A DNA stretch of 59,588 nt, taken from positions 1 through 59,588 of the forward strand of contig JBEKFB010000001.1 of the NCBI GenBank assembly GCA_050013535.1, read 5' to 3'. The notes below the pieces were generated by a model. The model had not been told where the DNA came from and made no database searches. It worked only from the letters and a program-made list of their open reading frames with translations. The position numbers and the translations under genes were made by a program. Origin of the DNA: Bryobacteraceae bacterium (GTDB taxonomy: Bacteria; Acidobacteriota; Terriglobia; Bryobacterales; Bryobacteraceae). Below, piece by piece: positions 33,911 to 42,813 of the stretch; the stretch's first letter is position 1, and each line of letters begins with the position of its first letter.

Positions 33911-34684
33911 TCACCGCAGGAAGTGGTCGCGAATGACATCGAATACCTGCGTAGCGAAAGCCTCATACAGCGACGGAACCACAATCAGAATGGCCGAAAG
34001 CGCCACCAGCGTCAGCAGCATCTTGGCCGAGAAGGCCTGCTGCACCAGTTGGAGCTGCGAGTTGACGCGCCCGAGCAGCGAGAGGGCCACGTCGGTCATC
34101 AGCAGAAGCCCGATCACCGGAAACGCCAGGCGCAGGCCCACCGAGAAGATATTCGAACCCACCTGAATCACGTTTTCGGCGAGACCGCGGCTGAGCGTAA
34201 AACTGCCTGGGGGATAACGGTCCAGACTGAGCGCGAAGGCCATGATGACGCGCCGGTCCAGCCCGGTGGCGAAGAACAGTAATCCCGCGGTGATCTGGGC
34301 CATCATCGAGAGGATTCCCGAATCGGCCTGCGTGTTGGGATCCACCACCGATGCGTATCCATAGCCGGCCTGCAAACTGAGCATTTGGGCGCCGACGGTG
34401 AGCGCTTCCGCGACAAAGCTCACCAACAATCCGATAGCGATTCCCATTGCCGCTTCCGAGAACAGCCAGAGAGCCATGAGTCCAACACTTGCGGAGGACA
34501 CATCCACAACCGGCCATCGTGGAAACAAAGCGATGGTGCAGGCGACAGCGAGCACCACCCGGGCCGTAGCCGGTCCGGCCTGCCCCCCGGGAAAAGGAAC
34601 GAACGAAAACGTGCCCGCCAGGCGGCCCAGCACTAACAGAAACGCAAACAGCGTTGACGCGGAGAGGGTCAGGTTAGCGTGCAT
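33911..34684 (-). CDS. fliR: flagellar export apparatus protein FliR
   Basis: Polytopic, 257 aa, located between fliQ and flhB. Confidence 0.9.
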   Translation of the reverse strand: MHANLTLSASTLFAFLLVLGRLAGTFSFVPFPGGQAGPATARVVLAVACTIALFPRWPVVDVSSASVGLMALWLFSEAAMGIAIGLLVSFVAEALTVGAQMLSLQAGYGYASVVDPNTQADSGILSMMAQITAGLLFFATGLDRRVIMAFALSLDRYPPGSFTLSRGLAENVIQVGSNIFSVGLRLAFPVIGLLLMTDVALSLLGRVNSQLQLVQQAFSAKMLLTLVALSAILIVVPSLYEAFATQVFDVIRDHFLR

Positions 34685-34943
34685 ACCGCGCGAGATCGCT
34701 GAAAATGGAGTACGCGTAACTGGTGGCGCGGTGCAGCATCCACGGCATCAACAGAAGGAATCCGAAAAGAAACGCTGCCAGGCGCGGCACCGTGCTGAAC
34801 ACCGTGTCCTGCATCGATGTGGCGATCTGCACCAGGTTGATGAACACACCTACCGCGAAGGCGATGATCAGCAGCGGCGCGGCCAGCCAGAACGCGGCCA
34901 TCATGGCTTCGCCCATAATGTGAACCACCATTTGCGGCGTCAT
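34674..34943 (-). CDS. fliQ: flagellar export apparatus protein FliQ (89 aa)
   Basis: Start set to the ATG at 34943, abutting the fliP stop. Two-TM hairpin, ...INLVQIATSMQDTVFSTVPRL. Confidence 0.9.
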   Translation of the reverse strand: MTPQMVVHIMGEAMMAAFWLAAPLLIIAFAVGVFINLVQIATSMQDTVFSTVPRLAAFLFGFLLLMPWMLHRATSYAYSIFSDLARYAR

Positions 34944-35674
34944 TGGTAAAAGCTCTTCATCAGCGAACCCACCACCAGATTCCACCCGTCCACAAGAACG
35001 AACAGCAGAATCTTGAAGGGGGCCGAGACCATTACCGGCGGCAATTGCATCATGCCGATGGACAGCGTCACCGACGCAACAACCAGGTCAATCACCAGGA
35101 ACGGAAGATACAACACCGCGCCAATCTGGAAGCCGGCTTTCAACTCGGAGAGAATATACGCGGGGATCAACACGTTCAGACTGATATCCGACGGATTGCG
35201 CGGCGGCGGTTCTTTGGAGATCTCGACAAACAGGCGGATGTCTTTCTCGCGGGCGAAGCGGACCATGAATTTGCGCAGGGGAGCAGCGCCGAGATCGAGT
35301 GCCTGGTCGGTAGTGATCTGGCCTTTCTCCAGCGGTTCCCAGGCCTGCGAGTAAATGTCCGACGCCACCGGTTGCACGATCAGCATGGCGAGAAACAGCG
35401 CGAGACCCAGCAGCACCTGATTAGAGGGCGCGCTCTGTGTCCCCAGCGCCTGCCTGAGAAAGTGCAGCACTACGATGATGCGCAGAAATGGCGTGATGCA
35501 CATCACCGCGGCGGGGAGAATGGTGAGCAGCGTGAGCCCGAGAGCGATCTGCATCGGGACGCTGAGCGTGACGCCGTGGGCACCGTTTCCCGCGCTCACC
35601 CCGATGGAATTGAGCAGGCCGCCATCCGGCGGCGTTGCCGCGAAGGCCAGAATCGGGCTGAAGACAAGGTTCAT
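34940..35674 (-). CDS. fliP: flagellar export apparatus protein FliP
   Basis: ...PAYILSELKAGFQIGAVLYLPFLVIDLVVASVTLSIGMMQLPP is the canonical FliP signature. Confidence 0.95.
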   Translation of the reverse strand: MNLVFSPILAFAATPPDGGLLNSIGVSAGNGAHGVTLSVPMQIALGLTLLTILPAAVMCITPFLRIIVVLHFLRQALGTQSAPSNQVLLGLALFLAMLIVQPVASDIYSQAWEPLEKGQITTDQALDLGAAPLRKFMVRFAREKDIRLFVEISKEPPPRNPSDISLNVLIPAYILSELKAGFQIGAVLYLPFLVIDLVVASVTLSIGMMQLPPVMVSAPFKILLFVLVDGWNLVVGSLMKSFYQ

Positions 35675-35964
35675 CCGGTACTCCCGGGCGGGTCGGCCGT
35701 TTCCGGCTCCGCCACAAAAGTATGCAGCGCCTGGCAGCTTCCAGGCGAAATGCCTACCAGGATCAGGCGGTCCTGCACGCGCACCAAGTGCAGAGAATGA
35801 CTGGCAGTGAGCGGTTTGCGATCAACCACCTGGATTCGCCCCGCAGCAGTACGGCGTCCGCCCACCGCCAGGCTCATTTTGGCGAGCCCTTTCCGCCGCA
35901 GAAACCACAAAACCAGAATCAGCAGCGCCAATACCAGGAAGACAGCAAGAGTTTGTTCAACCAT
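35671..35964 (-). CDS. fliO: flagellar export protein FliO
   Basis: 97 aa with a single N-terminal TM helix. 4-nt overlap with fliP; called by position and topology. Confidence 0.7.
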   Translation of the reverse strand: MVEQTLAVFLVLALLILVLWFLRRKGLAKMSLAVGGRRTAAGRIQVVDRKPLTASHSLHLVRVQDRLILVGISPGSCQALHTFVAEPETADPPGSTG

Positions 35965-35994
35965 GCTTTCTATTTTCCTGGTAATTGACGCCGA

Positions 35995-36243
35995 TCATTC
36001 GTGTTCGCGGAAATCCGTCACCCGCACGCACATCATGTTTTCCATAATCACGATTTCGCCAAACCCAACGTGCGCCCCGCCGACATACAGGTCGATGTTT
36101 TCGCCGGCCGAGCGCTCCATCCGAATCAGGCTGCCGGGTTCGAGACCGAGAATGTCGCTGACGGTGACCACGCGGCGGTCCAGCACCGCTTCCACTTCGA
36201 GCGGGACCCCGGCCAGATCCCCGATCTCTTCCACTGGCGTCAT
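35995..36243 (-). CDS. fliN: flagellar motor switch protein FliN (short, 82 aa)
   Basis: A SpoA domain only: VPLEVEAVLDRRVVTVSDILGLEPGSLIRMERSAGENIDLYVGGAHVGFGEIV. Confidence 0.85.
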   Translation of the reverse strand: MTPVEEIGDLAGVPLEVEAVLDRRVVTVSDILGLEPGSLIRMERSAGENIDLYVGGAHVGFGEIVIMENMMCVRVTDFREHE

Positions 36244-36258
36244 GGGTCAGATTCCCTG

Positions 36259-37515
36259 TTAGGTAATCAACTGGATCAGATCCTGGGACATCGTGTCGGC
36301 GGTGCTGATCACCTTGGTAGCGGCCTCATAGCCGCGCTGGAACACGATCAGGTTCGTGAACTGCGTGGCCATGTCCACGTTGGATTCTTCGAGCGAGCTA
36401 CCCAGAATCTGGCCACGGCCACCGGTTTGCGCCGTGCCGATTGCGGGAGCGGCGGTGAGGCCGGAAACCGCGAATTCGTTATTGCCGACGTTCGTTAGAG
36501 TGTCGGGATTCTCAATGTTAGCTACCGCGATCTGCCCCTCCGTCTGCGTCTGCCCGTTGGAGAATGTGGCCGTCACAAGGCCCCCGGTGTTGATGGCAAT
36601 TGAAGTCATCTGGGCCGCCGCGGTGCCGTCCTGCGTAGATGACGACAACGCCGACGGCTGTGCATATTGCGTGAGCGCGGGCGTTCCGTCGCTGTTATAT
36701 AGATTCACGTTGATTGCAGCGGGGAAGGTCGCGCCGTCGGCAAGGCCCGAGATGGTGAGTGCGATCGGAGTGCCCGCCGCCGGTGTTTTCAGCAACCCGG
36801 TGGCAGGGTCGAAGGTTAGAGCCTGCGTGCCCAGGGTCGTCGGGCCCGTGGTGGATCCTACGTCCGCGCCGGGAATGGTGATGGTTTCGCTCCAGGCATT
36901 GGCGCCGGTCTTCACAAAGGTGGCGGTCAGCGTGTGTGCTTCGCCAAGAGAATCGTACACCTGAATCGGCTGGGAGAACGTCGATGTCGCATCCGCGTTG
37001 GCGTCGGCATTGAGATTGACGTCCATCGTGACGTTCTGCGTGGCCACCGGAGGCAGAATCGTGCCGGAAGGAACAATGATGTTGCCGATCGCGCCGTTGG
37101 TATTCAGGACGCCCGCCGTCGAAGTCCACCCCTGCACGTCTTCGCCGGTTTGCGTCTGCAGCGTGCCGTTGGCGCTCACGGTGAATGAACCGTCGCGCGT
37201 GAAGAGTTGCTGCCCATTGGCGCCCTGGACGACGAAGAAGCCGTTGCCCTCAATGGCGGCATCGGTTGCGCTGCTGCTGGTTTCAATGGATCCCTGCGTG
37301 AACTGCTGAATATTGAGCGGAGTGGTCACCCCGAGCCCCACGTCCGAGGAGGCCGAAGCCCCCATGGCCTGGCTCACCATATCCTGGAAATCGACGGTGC
37401 TGCCTTTGAAGCCTGTGGTGTTGAGGTTTGCGAGATTATTGCCGGTGGTATCGATGCCCGCCGACTCCGCTTGCAACGCCGAAAGGGCGACTGAAAATGC
37501 GCTGAATACTCCCAT
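36259..37515 (-). CDS. flgE: flagellar hook protein FlgE
   Basis: N-terminus ...GIDTTGNNLANLNTTGFK and C-terminus ...EESNVDMATQFTNLIVFQRGYEA. Confidence 0.9.
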   Translation of the reverse strand: MGVFSAFSVALSALQAESAGIDTTGNNLANLNTTGFKGSTVDFQDMVSQAMGASASSDVGLGVTTPLNIQQFTQGSIETSSSATDAAIEGNGFFVVQGANGQQLFTRDGSFTVSANGTLQTQTGEDVQGWTSTAGVLNTNGAIGNIIVPSGTILPPVATQNVTMDVNLNADANADATSTFSQPIQVYDSLGEAHTLTATFVKTGANAWSETITIPGADVGSTTGPTTLGTQALTFDPATGLLKTPAAGTPIALTISGLADGATFPAAINVNLYNSDGTPALTQYAQPSALSSSTQDGTAAAQMTSIAINTGGLVTATFSNGQTQTEGQIAVANIENPDTLTNVGNNEFAVSGLTAAPAIGTAQTGGRGQILGSSLEESNVDMATQFTNLIVFQRGYEAATKVISTADTMSQDLIQLIT

Positions 37516-37524
37516 GTTTCCTCC

Positions 37525-37944
37525 TTATGACTGAGCTGGCTGTGTTGCGTACTTATTGATGGCGTCGGTGGTATCGGTACCCGTGGTGCCGTTGGTGCTG
37601 CCGCTGTTGGCGTTGGGGTCAACCGCGCTGGAGCCGATGGAACCCGCAATCTTATCGAGGTCCTGGCGCATGGCGAGCTGCTGTTCGAGTTGGCTGAACT
37701 CGGCCAACTGCGTCACAAACTGCGTGCCGTCCATCGGATTTGACGGATCCTGGTTCTTAAGCTGCGCTACCAGTAACTGCAGGAAGGTCTGTTCATTAGC
37801 GAGCGAGTCGCTCGCTGCGAGGCTTGCCGCCGATGTGGAAGTGTTGGATGAAGTGGTGCCGTTCGAATTCGAAGTACCCGGTGTGCCGGGAGTTGTTGCC
37901 GCCGTCGCCATATGGCTCGGCAACGCGGATGCTATGGCTGCCAT
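37525..37944 (-). CDS. flgD: flagellar hook capping protein FlgD (short form, 139 aa)
   Basis: FLQLLVAQLKNQDPSNPMDGTQFVTQLAEFSQLEQ. Start set to the ATG at 37944; the ORF-track start at 38139 is an Arg-rich extension overlapping fliK. Confidence 0.85.
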   Translation of the reverse strand: MAAIASALPSHMATAATTPGTPGTSNSNGTTSSNTSTSAASLAASDSLANEQTFLQLLVAQLKNQDPSNPMDGTQFVTQLAEFSQLEQQLAMRQDLDKIAGSIGSSAVDPNANSGSTNGTTGTDTTDAINKYATQPAQS

Positions 37945-39413
37945 GGTAATGTGCCCCCTGAATTGCGCCCCGCCGGAGTCTCGTCGAAATCGTCCATCCA
38001 GGCGGGCTGCTGTTGCTGCCGTCCGTTTTGCTGTTGGCCCTGACCGCTCCCGCCGGAGGTTTCGCCTCCGTTCGAGAAAGTCCTGCCGTTGGTGCTCGCT
38101 GAATCCGTCTGTGAAATCGCCTGCGTGCGCGGCGTCCACACTTCCGATTGAAAGTGCGCCTGGTCGAGACGAGTGGAGAGATCGGCGACATTGTCCTGCA
38201 GCGAACGAACCAGCGACGGATCGTCCGCCCTTACGCTGACTCTCAACTCTCCACCGCGGTCCATCACCCTAACGTCCACGCGTTGGTCATCGCTACCGGT
38301 TACCTGCAGCCGAACGTCGCGGATGGTGTTGTTGGCAGAGGGCGCTGGCGTCTGATCGATGTCGGCTGACCGTACGCTGGCGGGCTGATCGATGGCGTGA
38401 GCCGCATCGGCCCGAGCCGCCGCAAACTGTTCGACGGCTGACGAAGGCGTCGCCTGTGCCTGGCTCTCGGCTCTTTCCGAATGTTCACCGCTTTGTTCGG
38501 CGCCGTTCTGGACAACGTCGGTGATCGCTGCTGATGGCTGAACCGCGTCGCTCGCAGCCGCCACCGAACTCTGCGCGTTGTCCGGCGCGCTTTGACCATG
38601 GCTCGCCTGCGATTGGGGTTGCGGCGCCTGTGCCTGCGGCGCCGTCTGCTCGGCGGTCGTATCGGGATTGAGGCGCATGGCGAAGGCGAGTTGACCCGAG
38701 GACGCCGCGGAATTGGTGTCCGCTTCCGGCAGAGGGATTGTTGCGGGCAATTGCCCGCTGTCTTCTCCGGAACTGTCTGCGCCAGACTTGGATAATGGCC
38801 CTTTAGACAATGACAAGTCGCTCCCGTCATCCATGGCCGGCTTGCCTTGCGAGAGCGCGGGGTCCGTCGCTCGCACCTCAATATTGGGAAGAGCTCTGCC
38901 GGACTGAACGCTGGTGGGCTGTTGCTGAACGCTGGCGGCCTGAATCGGAGTGGGCTGGGTGAATTGCGGTAGGCCAAGGCCGGCAATTGTCTGCATGAGC
39001 ACCGCCGCGCCGGACGGGCTGGCGTTCGCGTCCGCCTTTTTCTCGTCATCCGAATCCGACGCCGATTCATCCTCTGCCGGACTGGCGCTTGTGCCGCTCT
39101 TTGCCACCGTACTGCTGCTCCATGTCAGCAAGCCCAGCGAGGGCGCCGGCTGCTTCGCCACCGGAACCGCAACTGGCACGGGCGCAGCCGCAGCCTGCCT
39201 TGCGTTCTGGTCCTGATCCTGGGTGTCCTTCTTCGAATGACTCGCGCTCGAGTTTGCCTCGTCATTGGCCTGATGAAGCATCGTCGCGAACGAGCTCGAT
39301 TGCGCGCCGCCGCCCGACTGCGAGTTGGAATTGTTTCCAACCCCGGAGTTCTGCGGAGGCGGGACGCTGGTGGGCAGAGCGGGAGGTGCGCTGCTTGCCG
39401 GTGCCGAGGTCAC
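37932..39413 (-). CDS. fliK: flagellar hook-length control protein FliK
   Basis: Pro/Ala/Ser/Gln-rich, with a C-terminal Flg_hook-like segment (RLQVTGSDDQRVDVRVMDRGGELRVSVRADDPSLVRSLQDN). GTG start. Confidence 0.8.
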   Translation of the reverse strand: MTSAPASSAPPALPTSVPPPQNSGVGNNSNSQSGGGAQSSSFATMLHQANDEANSSASHSKKDTQDQDQNARQAAAAPVPVAVPVAKQPAPSLGLLTWSSSTVAKSGTSASPAEDESASDSDDEKKADANASPSGAAVLMQTIAGLGLPQFTQPTPIQAASVQQQPTSVQSGRALPNIEVRATDPALSQGKPAMDDGSDLSLSKGPLSKSGADSSGEDSGQLPATIPLPEADTNSAASSGQLAFAMRLNPDTTAEQTAPQAQAPQPQSQASHGQSAPDNAQSSVAAASDAVQPSAAITDVVQNGAEQSGEHSERAESQAQATPSSAVEQFAAARADAAHAIDQPASVRSADIDQTPAPSANNTIRDVRLQVTGSDDQRVDVRVMDRGGELRVSVRADDPSLVRSLQDNVADLSTRLDQAHFQSEVWTPRTQAISQTDSASTNGRTFSNGGETSGGSGQGQQQNGRQQQQPAWMDDFDETPAGRNSGGTLPWQP

Positions 39414-39425
39414 GACGCTGTAGCG

Positions 39426-39441
39426 TGCACACTCGTCGCCA
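39426..39441 (-). promoter_or_regulatory. weak candidate sigma-54 promoter (TGGCGACGAGTGTGCA) for the fliK operon
   Basis: GG-N10-GC spacing is correct, but the -12 box is GTGCA rather than TTGCA. It ends 12 nt before the fliK GTG. Confidence 0.3.
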
Positions 39442-39532
39442 CCGGAGATTCGCTCAATTCAGGGGAGATTACCGCGAAAGGCCGCCACTCGACTGTCAAG
39501 AATTCGAGCGCCGCAAGCACGAAGACGCGAAA

Positions 39533-39562
39533 TCTCGACGTTCGCGCGCGCGAATATCGAGA
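39533..39562. promoter_or_regulatory. 30-bp near-perfect palindrome between divergent fliK and flgF promoters (candidate activator site)
   Basis: TCTCGA-cg-TTCGCGCGCGCGAA-ta-TCGAGA. The core 14-mer (39541..39554) is perfectly self-complementary. Flanked by the direct repeat CCGCCACTCG at 39482..39491 and 39563..39572. Confidence 0.4.
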
Positions 39563-39627
39563 CCGCCACTCGGCTTCCAGCATTCATATCGCACGGCCAG
39601 CGGCGTATTTCGCAGTTTTTCCCGGCT

Positions 39628-39643
39628 CGGTCCCCGGCTTGCA
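39628..39643 (+). promoter_or_regulatory. candidate sigma-54 promoter (CGGTCCCCGGCTTGCA) for flgF
   Basis: GG-N10-GC spacing is correct with a good TTGCA -12 box and a poorer -24 box. It ends 16 nt before the flgF ATG. Confidence 0.4.
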
Positions 39644-39659
39644 CTCTTGCCGGTACATC

Positions 39660-40403
39660 ATGGATCCGCTCACCACCACCGCCGCCAGCGGATTGCAGGC
39701 GCACATGGACTCGCTTGAGATGCTGGCCAACAATCTGGCCAACACCTCCACCGGGGGGTACAAGGCAGATCGCGAGTTTTACAGCACCTACATGGCGCCC
39801 GAGCTGGCCGGTTCCGACGATCCGATGACCAGCATTTCTCCCGTCGTCGAAGGGCCGTGGATCGATTTCAAGCAAGGACTTCTGCAGACTACCGGCAATC
39901 CCACCGACCTCGCGATCAGCGGATCGGCCTTTTTCGCCGTGAACGGCCCGAATGGACAGACGCTTTACACGCGCAACGGGAACTTTCAACTCTCGCCCAC
40001 GGGAACCCTAATCACCAACGACGGCTATCCCGTGCGCCTTACCGGCGGGCAAACTCTGCAGGTGCAATCCACTGATCCGCTGCAGGTCAACCCCGAGGGA
40101 CAGATCAGTCAGGACGGGTCCGATCTCGGCCAGCTTGAGTTAGTGGACTTTCAGGATAAATCGGACCTCACCAAGATTGGCGACACCTATTTCCGTCCTG
40201 CAAGTTCGAAAGCCGGGCCGGCGCCGGCCACCGACTCTCAAGTGAACCAGGGAAGGCTGGAAGCCTCCAACGGCGGAGGGTCGCAGGGTTCGGTCAGAAT
40301 CGTCAGCCTGTTGCGGCAATTCGACATGCTTCAGAAGGCCATCAAGATTGGGTCGGAGATGAATCGGGAGGCGATTGAACAGGTCGCCAAAGTTGGTCCG
40401 TAA
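39660..40403 (+). CDS. flgF: flagellar basal-body rod protein FlgF
   Basis: Start set to the ATG at 39660 (MDPLTTTAASGLQAHMDSLEMLANNLANTSTGGYK). The ORF-track start at 39237 runs through the divergent promoter region. Confidence 0.85.
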   Translation: MDPLTTTAASGLQAHMDSLEMLANNLANTSTGGYKADREFYSTYMAPELAGSDDPMTSISPVVEGPWIDFKQGLLQTTGNPTDLAISGSAFFAVNGPNGQTLYTRNGNFQLSPTGTLITNDGYPVRLTGGQTLQVQSTDPLQVNPEGQISQDGSDLGQLELVDFQDKSDLTKIGDTYFRPASSKAGPAPATDSQVNQGRLEASNGGGSQGSVRIVSLLRQFDMLQKAIKIGSEMNREAIEQVAKVGP

Positions 40404-40414
40404 AGGAGATACGA

Positions 40415-41206
40415 ATGATTCGAGCTTTGTACAGCGCCGCCAGCGGAATGAACGCGCAGGAAACGAACGTCGATAACATCGCCAACAATCTTGCCAATGC
40501 CAATACCAATGGTTACAAGATGCGGCGTGCGCAGTTCCAGGATCTGATCTATCAGAATATGATTCAGCCCGGCGCTTCGGCCAGTTCGCAGACCACGGTT
40601 CCCGCCGGTCTGCAGATCGGTCTGGGAACGCGGGCTGCGTCGAACGAGATCATCTTCACGCAGGGCAATTTCACGGAAACCGACAATCCCCTGGATCTGG
40701 TGATTCAGGGCAACGGGTTTTTCCAGATTCAACGCGCCGACGGAACCATCGCATTCACCCGCGCGGGTACATTCCAGCTCAACGCCAACGGCAACGTAGT
40801 GGATGCGAATGGAGACCTGCTGCAGCCTTCGATTACCATCCCCGCCGCGGCTCAAACTATCACGGTGGCGCTCGATGGCACGGTGAGCTACACTCTGCCG
40901 GGTCAAACTTCCGCGCAAAAGGCCGGACAGATTCAGCTCGCCACGTTTCAGAATCCCGCCGGTCTCAACAGCCTTGGCGCAACGCTCTACCAGCCGACCG
41001 ATGCGTCCGGCGATGCACAAATCGGGACTCCGGGCGGCGCCGAAGGCGTGGGCACATTGATGCAGGGCTACACCGAGCAATCGAACGTCAGCGTGGTGGA
41101 AGAGTTCGTCAATCTCATCCAGAGCCAGCGCGCCTATGAGGCGAATTCGCGCGTGGTGAAAGCGGCCGACGAAATGTATCAGCAGGTAAACCAACTCGCA
41201 CAATGA
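40415..41206 (+). CDS. flgG: flagellar distal rod protein FlgG
   Basis: MIRALYSAASGMNAQ...IANNLANANTNGYK and C-terminus ...SNVSVVEEFVNLIQSQRAYEANSRV. AAGGAG Shine-Dalgarno box. Confidence 0.95.
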   Translation: MIRALYSAASGMNAQETNVDNIANNLANANTNGYKMRRAQFQDLIYQNMIQPGASASSQTTVPAGLQIGLGTRAASNEIIFTQGNFTETDNPLDLVIQGNGFFQIQRADGTIAFTRAGTFQLNANGNVVDANGDLLQPSITIPAAAQTITVALDGTVSYTLPGQTSAQKAGQIQLATFQNPAGLNSLGATLYQPTDASGDAQIGTPGGAEGVGTLMQGYTEQSNVSVVEEFVNLIQSQRAYEANSRVVKAADEMYQQVNQLAQ

Positions 41207-42111
41207 TCCCTTTGCTTCTCCTGGCGGCAGTACTGCCCGCGGGGCCCTGCCGCAACATTAATTCGGATCGCATCTATGCGCGGGATCTTGCAACCGCCGT
41301 TCCACTATTTGCTTCGCTGCCTCCCGACGTGGCGATCGGTTACTCGCCGGCGCCGGGTTGGCAACGCACTTTCCACGTCGCCGAATTACAGCGTCTGGCG
41401 AATACGAACCATCTGGCCGGAACGGTATCGCAGGATGTCTGTTTCGCGTGGGCACTGGCCGTGCCTGACCCCGCCGATATCATCGCCGCGATGAAGAAGT
41501 CCCTGGCGGGACGAGATGTTCGCATTGAGGTAGTCGACCGCAGCCGTCAGGCCGCGCCTCTGGGCGATCTGGTATTTCCGCTTGCCGGCGCCAGCGTTCG
41601 ATCGTCGGCACCCGTGGCGTGGCGAGGTTATGTTACGTATGCCGGCAACCGCCGTTTCACGGTCTGGGCCAGCGTGCTCATCACGGTGAAAGAGACCCAC
41701 GTCGTCGCGTCGAACTCTCTGCACCCGGAAGAACCAATCCGCGAAAACGATGTCCACACGCAGCCGTATGAGGGTCCATTGCCGGCCGAGGGGACGCTCA
41801 CGGATGTGAAAGCCGCTCTCGGCATGGTTCCGCGAAGGCCCATCGCAGCGGGTGACCAACTCGTCGCCAACATGCTCGAACCAGCCAAAGACGTCGTACG
41901 CGGGGACACTGTGGAGGTATTGGTGAACGGCGGCGGCGCACTGATTAAGACGGCGGGAATCGCGGAAGAATCGGGCAATCGTGGCGCCATGATCGTGGTG
42001 CGCAACATTACCAGCGGCAGGAAGTTCCGCGCCCGCGTGGAAGACAAAGACAAGGTGTCGGTTGTTCCCGGCGTTGCAACCGGACTCATTGCGAAGGATG
42101 AGAAGTCATGA
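41203..42111 (+). CDS. flgA: flagellar P-ring assembly chaperone FlgA
   Basis: Signal peptide and a C-terminal SAF/FlgA domain (...RRPIAAGDQL...VVRGDTVEVLV...GAMIVVRN..SGRKFRARV). Confidence 0.8.
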   Translation: MIPLLLLAAVLPAGPCRNINSDRIYARDLATAVPLFASLPPDVAIGYSPAPGWQRTFHVAELQRLANTNHLAGTVSQDVCFAWALAVPDPADIIAAMKKSLAGRDVRIEVVDRSRQAAPLGDLVFPLAGASVRSSAPVAWRGYVTYAGNRRFTVWASVLITVKETHVVASNSLHPEEPIRENDVHTQPYEGPLPAEGTLTDVKAALGMVPRRPIAAGDQLVANMLEPAKDVVRGDTVEVLVNGGGALIKTAGIAEESGNRGAMIVVRNITSGRKFRARVEDKDKVSVVPGVATGLIAKDEKS

Positions 42112-42806
42112 AGCGCGTTCTCACAGTGGCGACCCTGCTTTTGTTGGCCTTTCCCGGGGCAGCATCGACGAAAAAGAAAAAGGATCAGCCGGACGCGAAA
42201 TCGCCGCTCGATCAGTATGTCGAGGAAGCTCATCGCCGGGCAGGCTCGCCGCTGGACGACCCTGGGTCCCTGTGGTCTGGCGCGTCGCCTTTCAGCGATC
42301 TTGGCGCCGATGTTCGCGCTCGTCATATAGACGACATCGTCACCATACTAGTGAATGAATCGGCTTCGGCCGTTTCCACCGGGCAAACCAAGACCTCCCG
42401 TACCTCCTCGGCCAACTCGTCGATAACTCAGCTCGCGAGAGCCTTGCCCGCCACCGGCAAGCTCGCCAACTTGTTGAATGCCAATTCGAGCACCGCCCTC
42501 GATGGAGAAGGCACCACCAGCCGGGAGACGACGCTGACGGCAACGGTCACCGCGCGAGTGATCGACGTCCTTCCCAACGGCTATCTGATTATCGAGGGGA
42601 GCAAAACCATCGGAGTGAACTCGGAGAATCAGGTGGTCACCGTACGCGGCGTGGTGCGCCCCGCGGACCTATCCACCGCCAATGTTGTGCAATCTTCGAG
42701 CGTGGGTCAACTGGAAGTGAAGATTAACGGCAAGGGAGTGGTGAATGACGCGGTGCACCGCCCGAACATCGTGTACCGGTTCCTGCTCAGTTTACTGCCG
42801 TTCTAG
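42108..42806 (+). CDS. flgH: flagellar L-ring protein FlgH (no cysteine)
   Basis: ...IVTILVNESASA...LPNGYLIIEGSK...VTVRGVVRPADL... is the FlgH pattern. ATGA overlap with flgA. Confidence 0.9.
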   Translation: MKRVLTVATLLLLAFPGAASTKKKKDQPDAKSPLDQYVEEAHRRAGSPLDDPGSLWSGASPFSDLGADVRARHIDDIVTILVNESASAVSTGQTKTSRTSSANSSITQLARALPATGKLANLLNANSSTALDGEGTTSRETTLTATVTARVIDVLPNGYLIIEGSKTIGVNSENQVVTVRGVVRPADLSTANVVQSSSVGQLEVKINGKGVVNDAVHRPNIVYRFLLSLLPF

Positions 42807-42813
42807 AGGCCTG

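Noticed and set aside
39237-39659. Long N-terminal extensions offered by the ORF track: flgF from 39237, flgD from 38139, flgI from 42745, fliN-long from 28844, fliQ from 34985, the methyltransferase from 18041, GT-C from 53948, csoR from 382, REC from 57727
   Set aside because: The extensions are Arg-rich or low-complexity, overlap upstream genes or promoter regions, and precede internal ATGs. Those internal ATGs give canonical family N-termini or signal peptides, or form ATGA/adjacent stop-start junctions.
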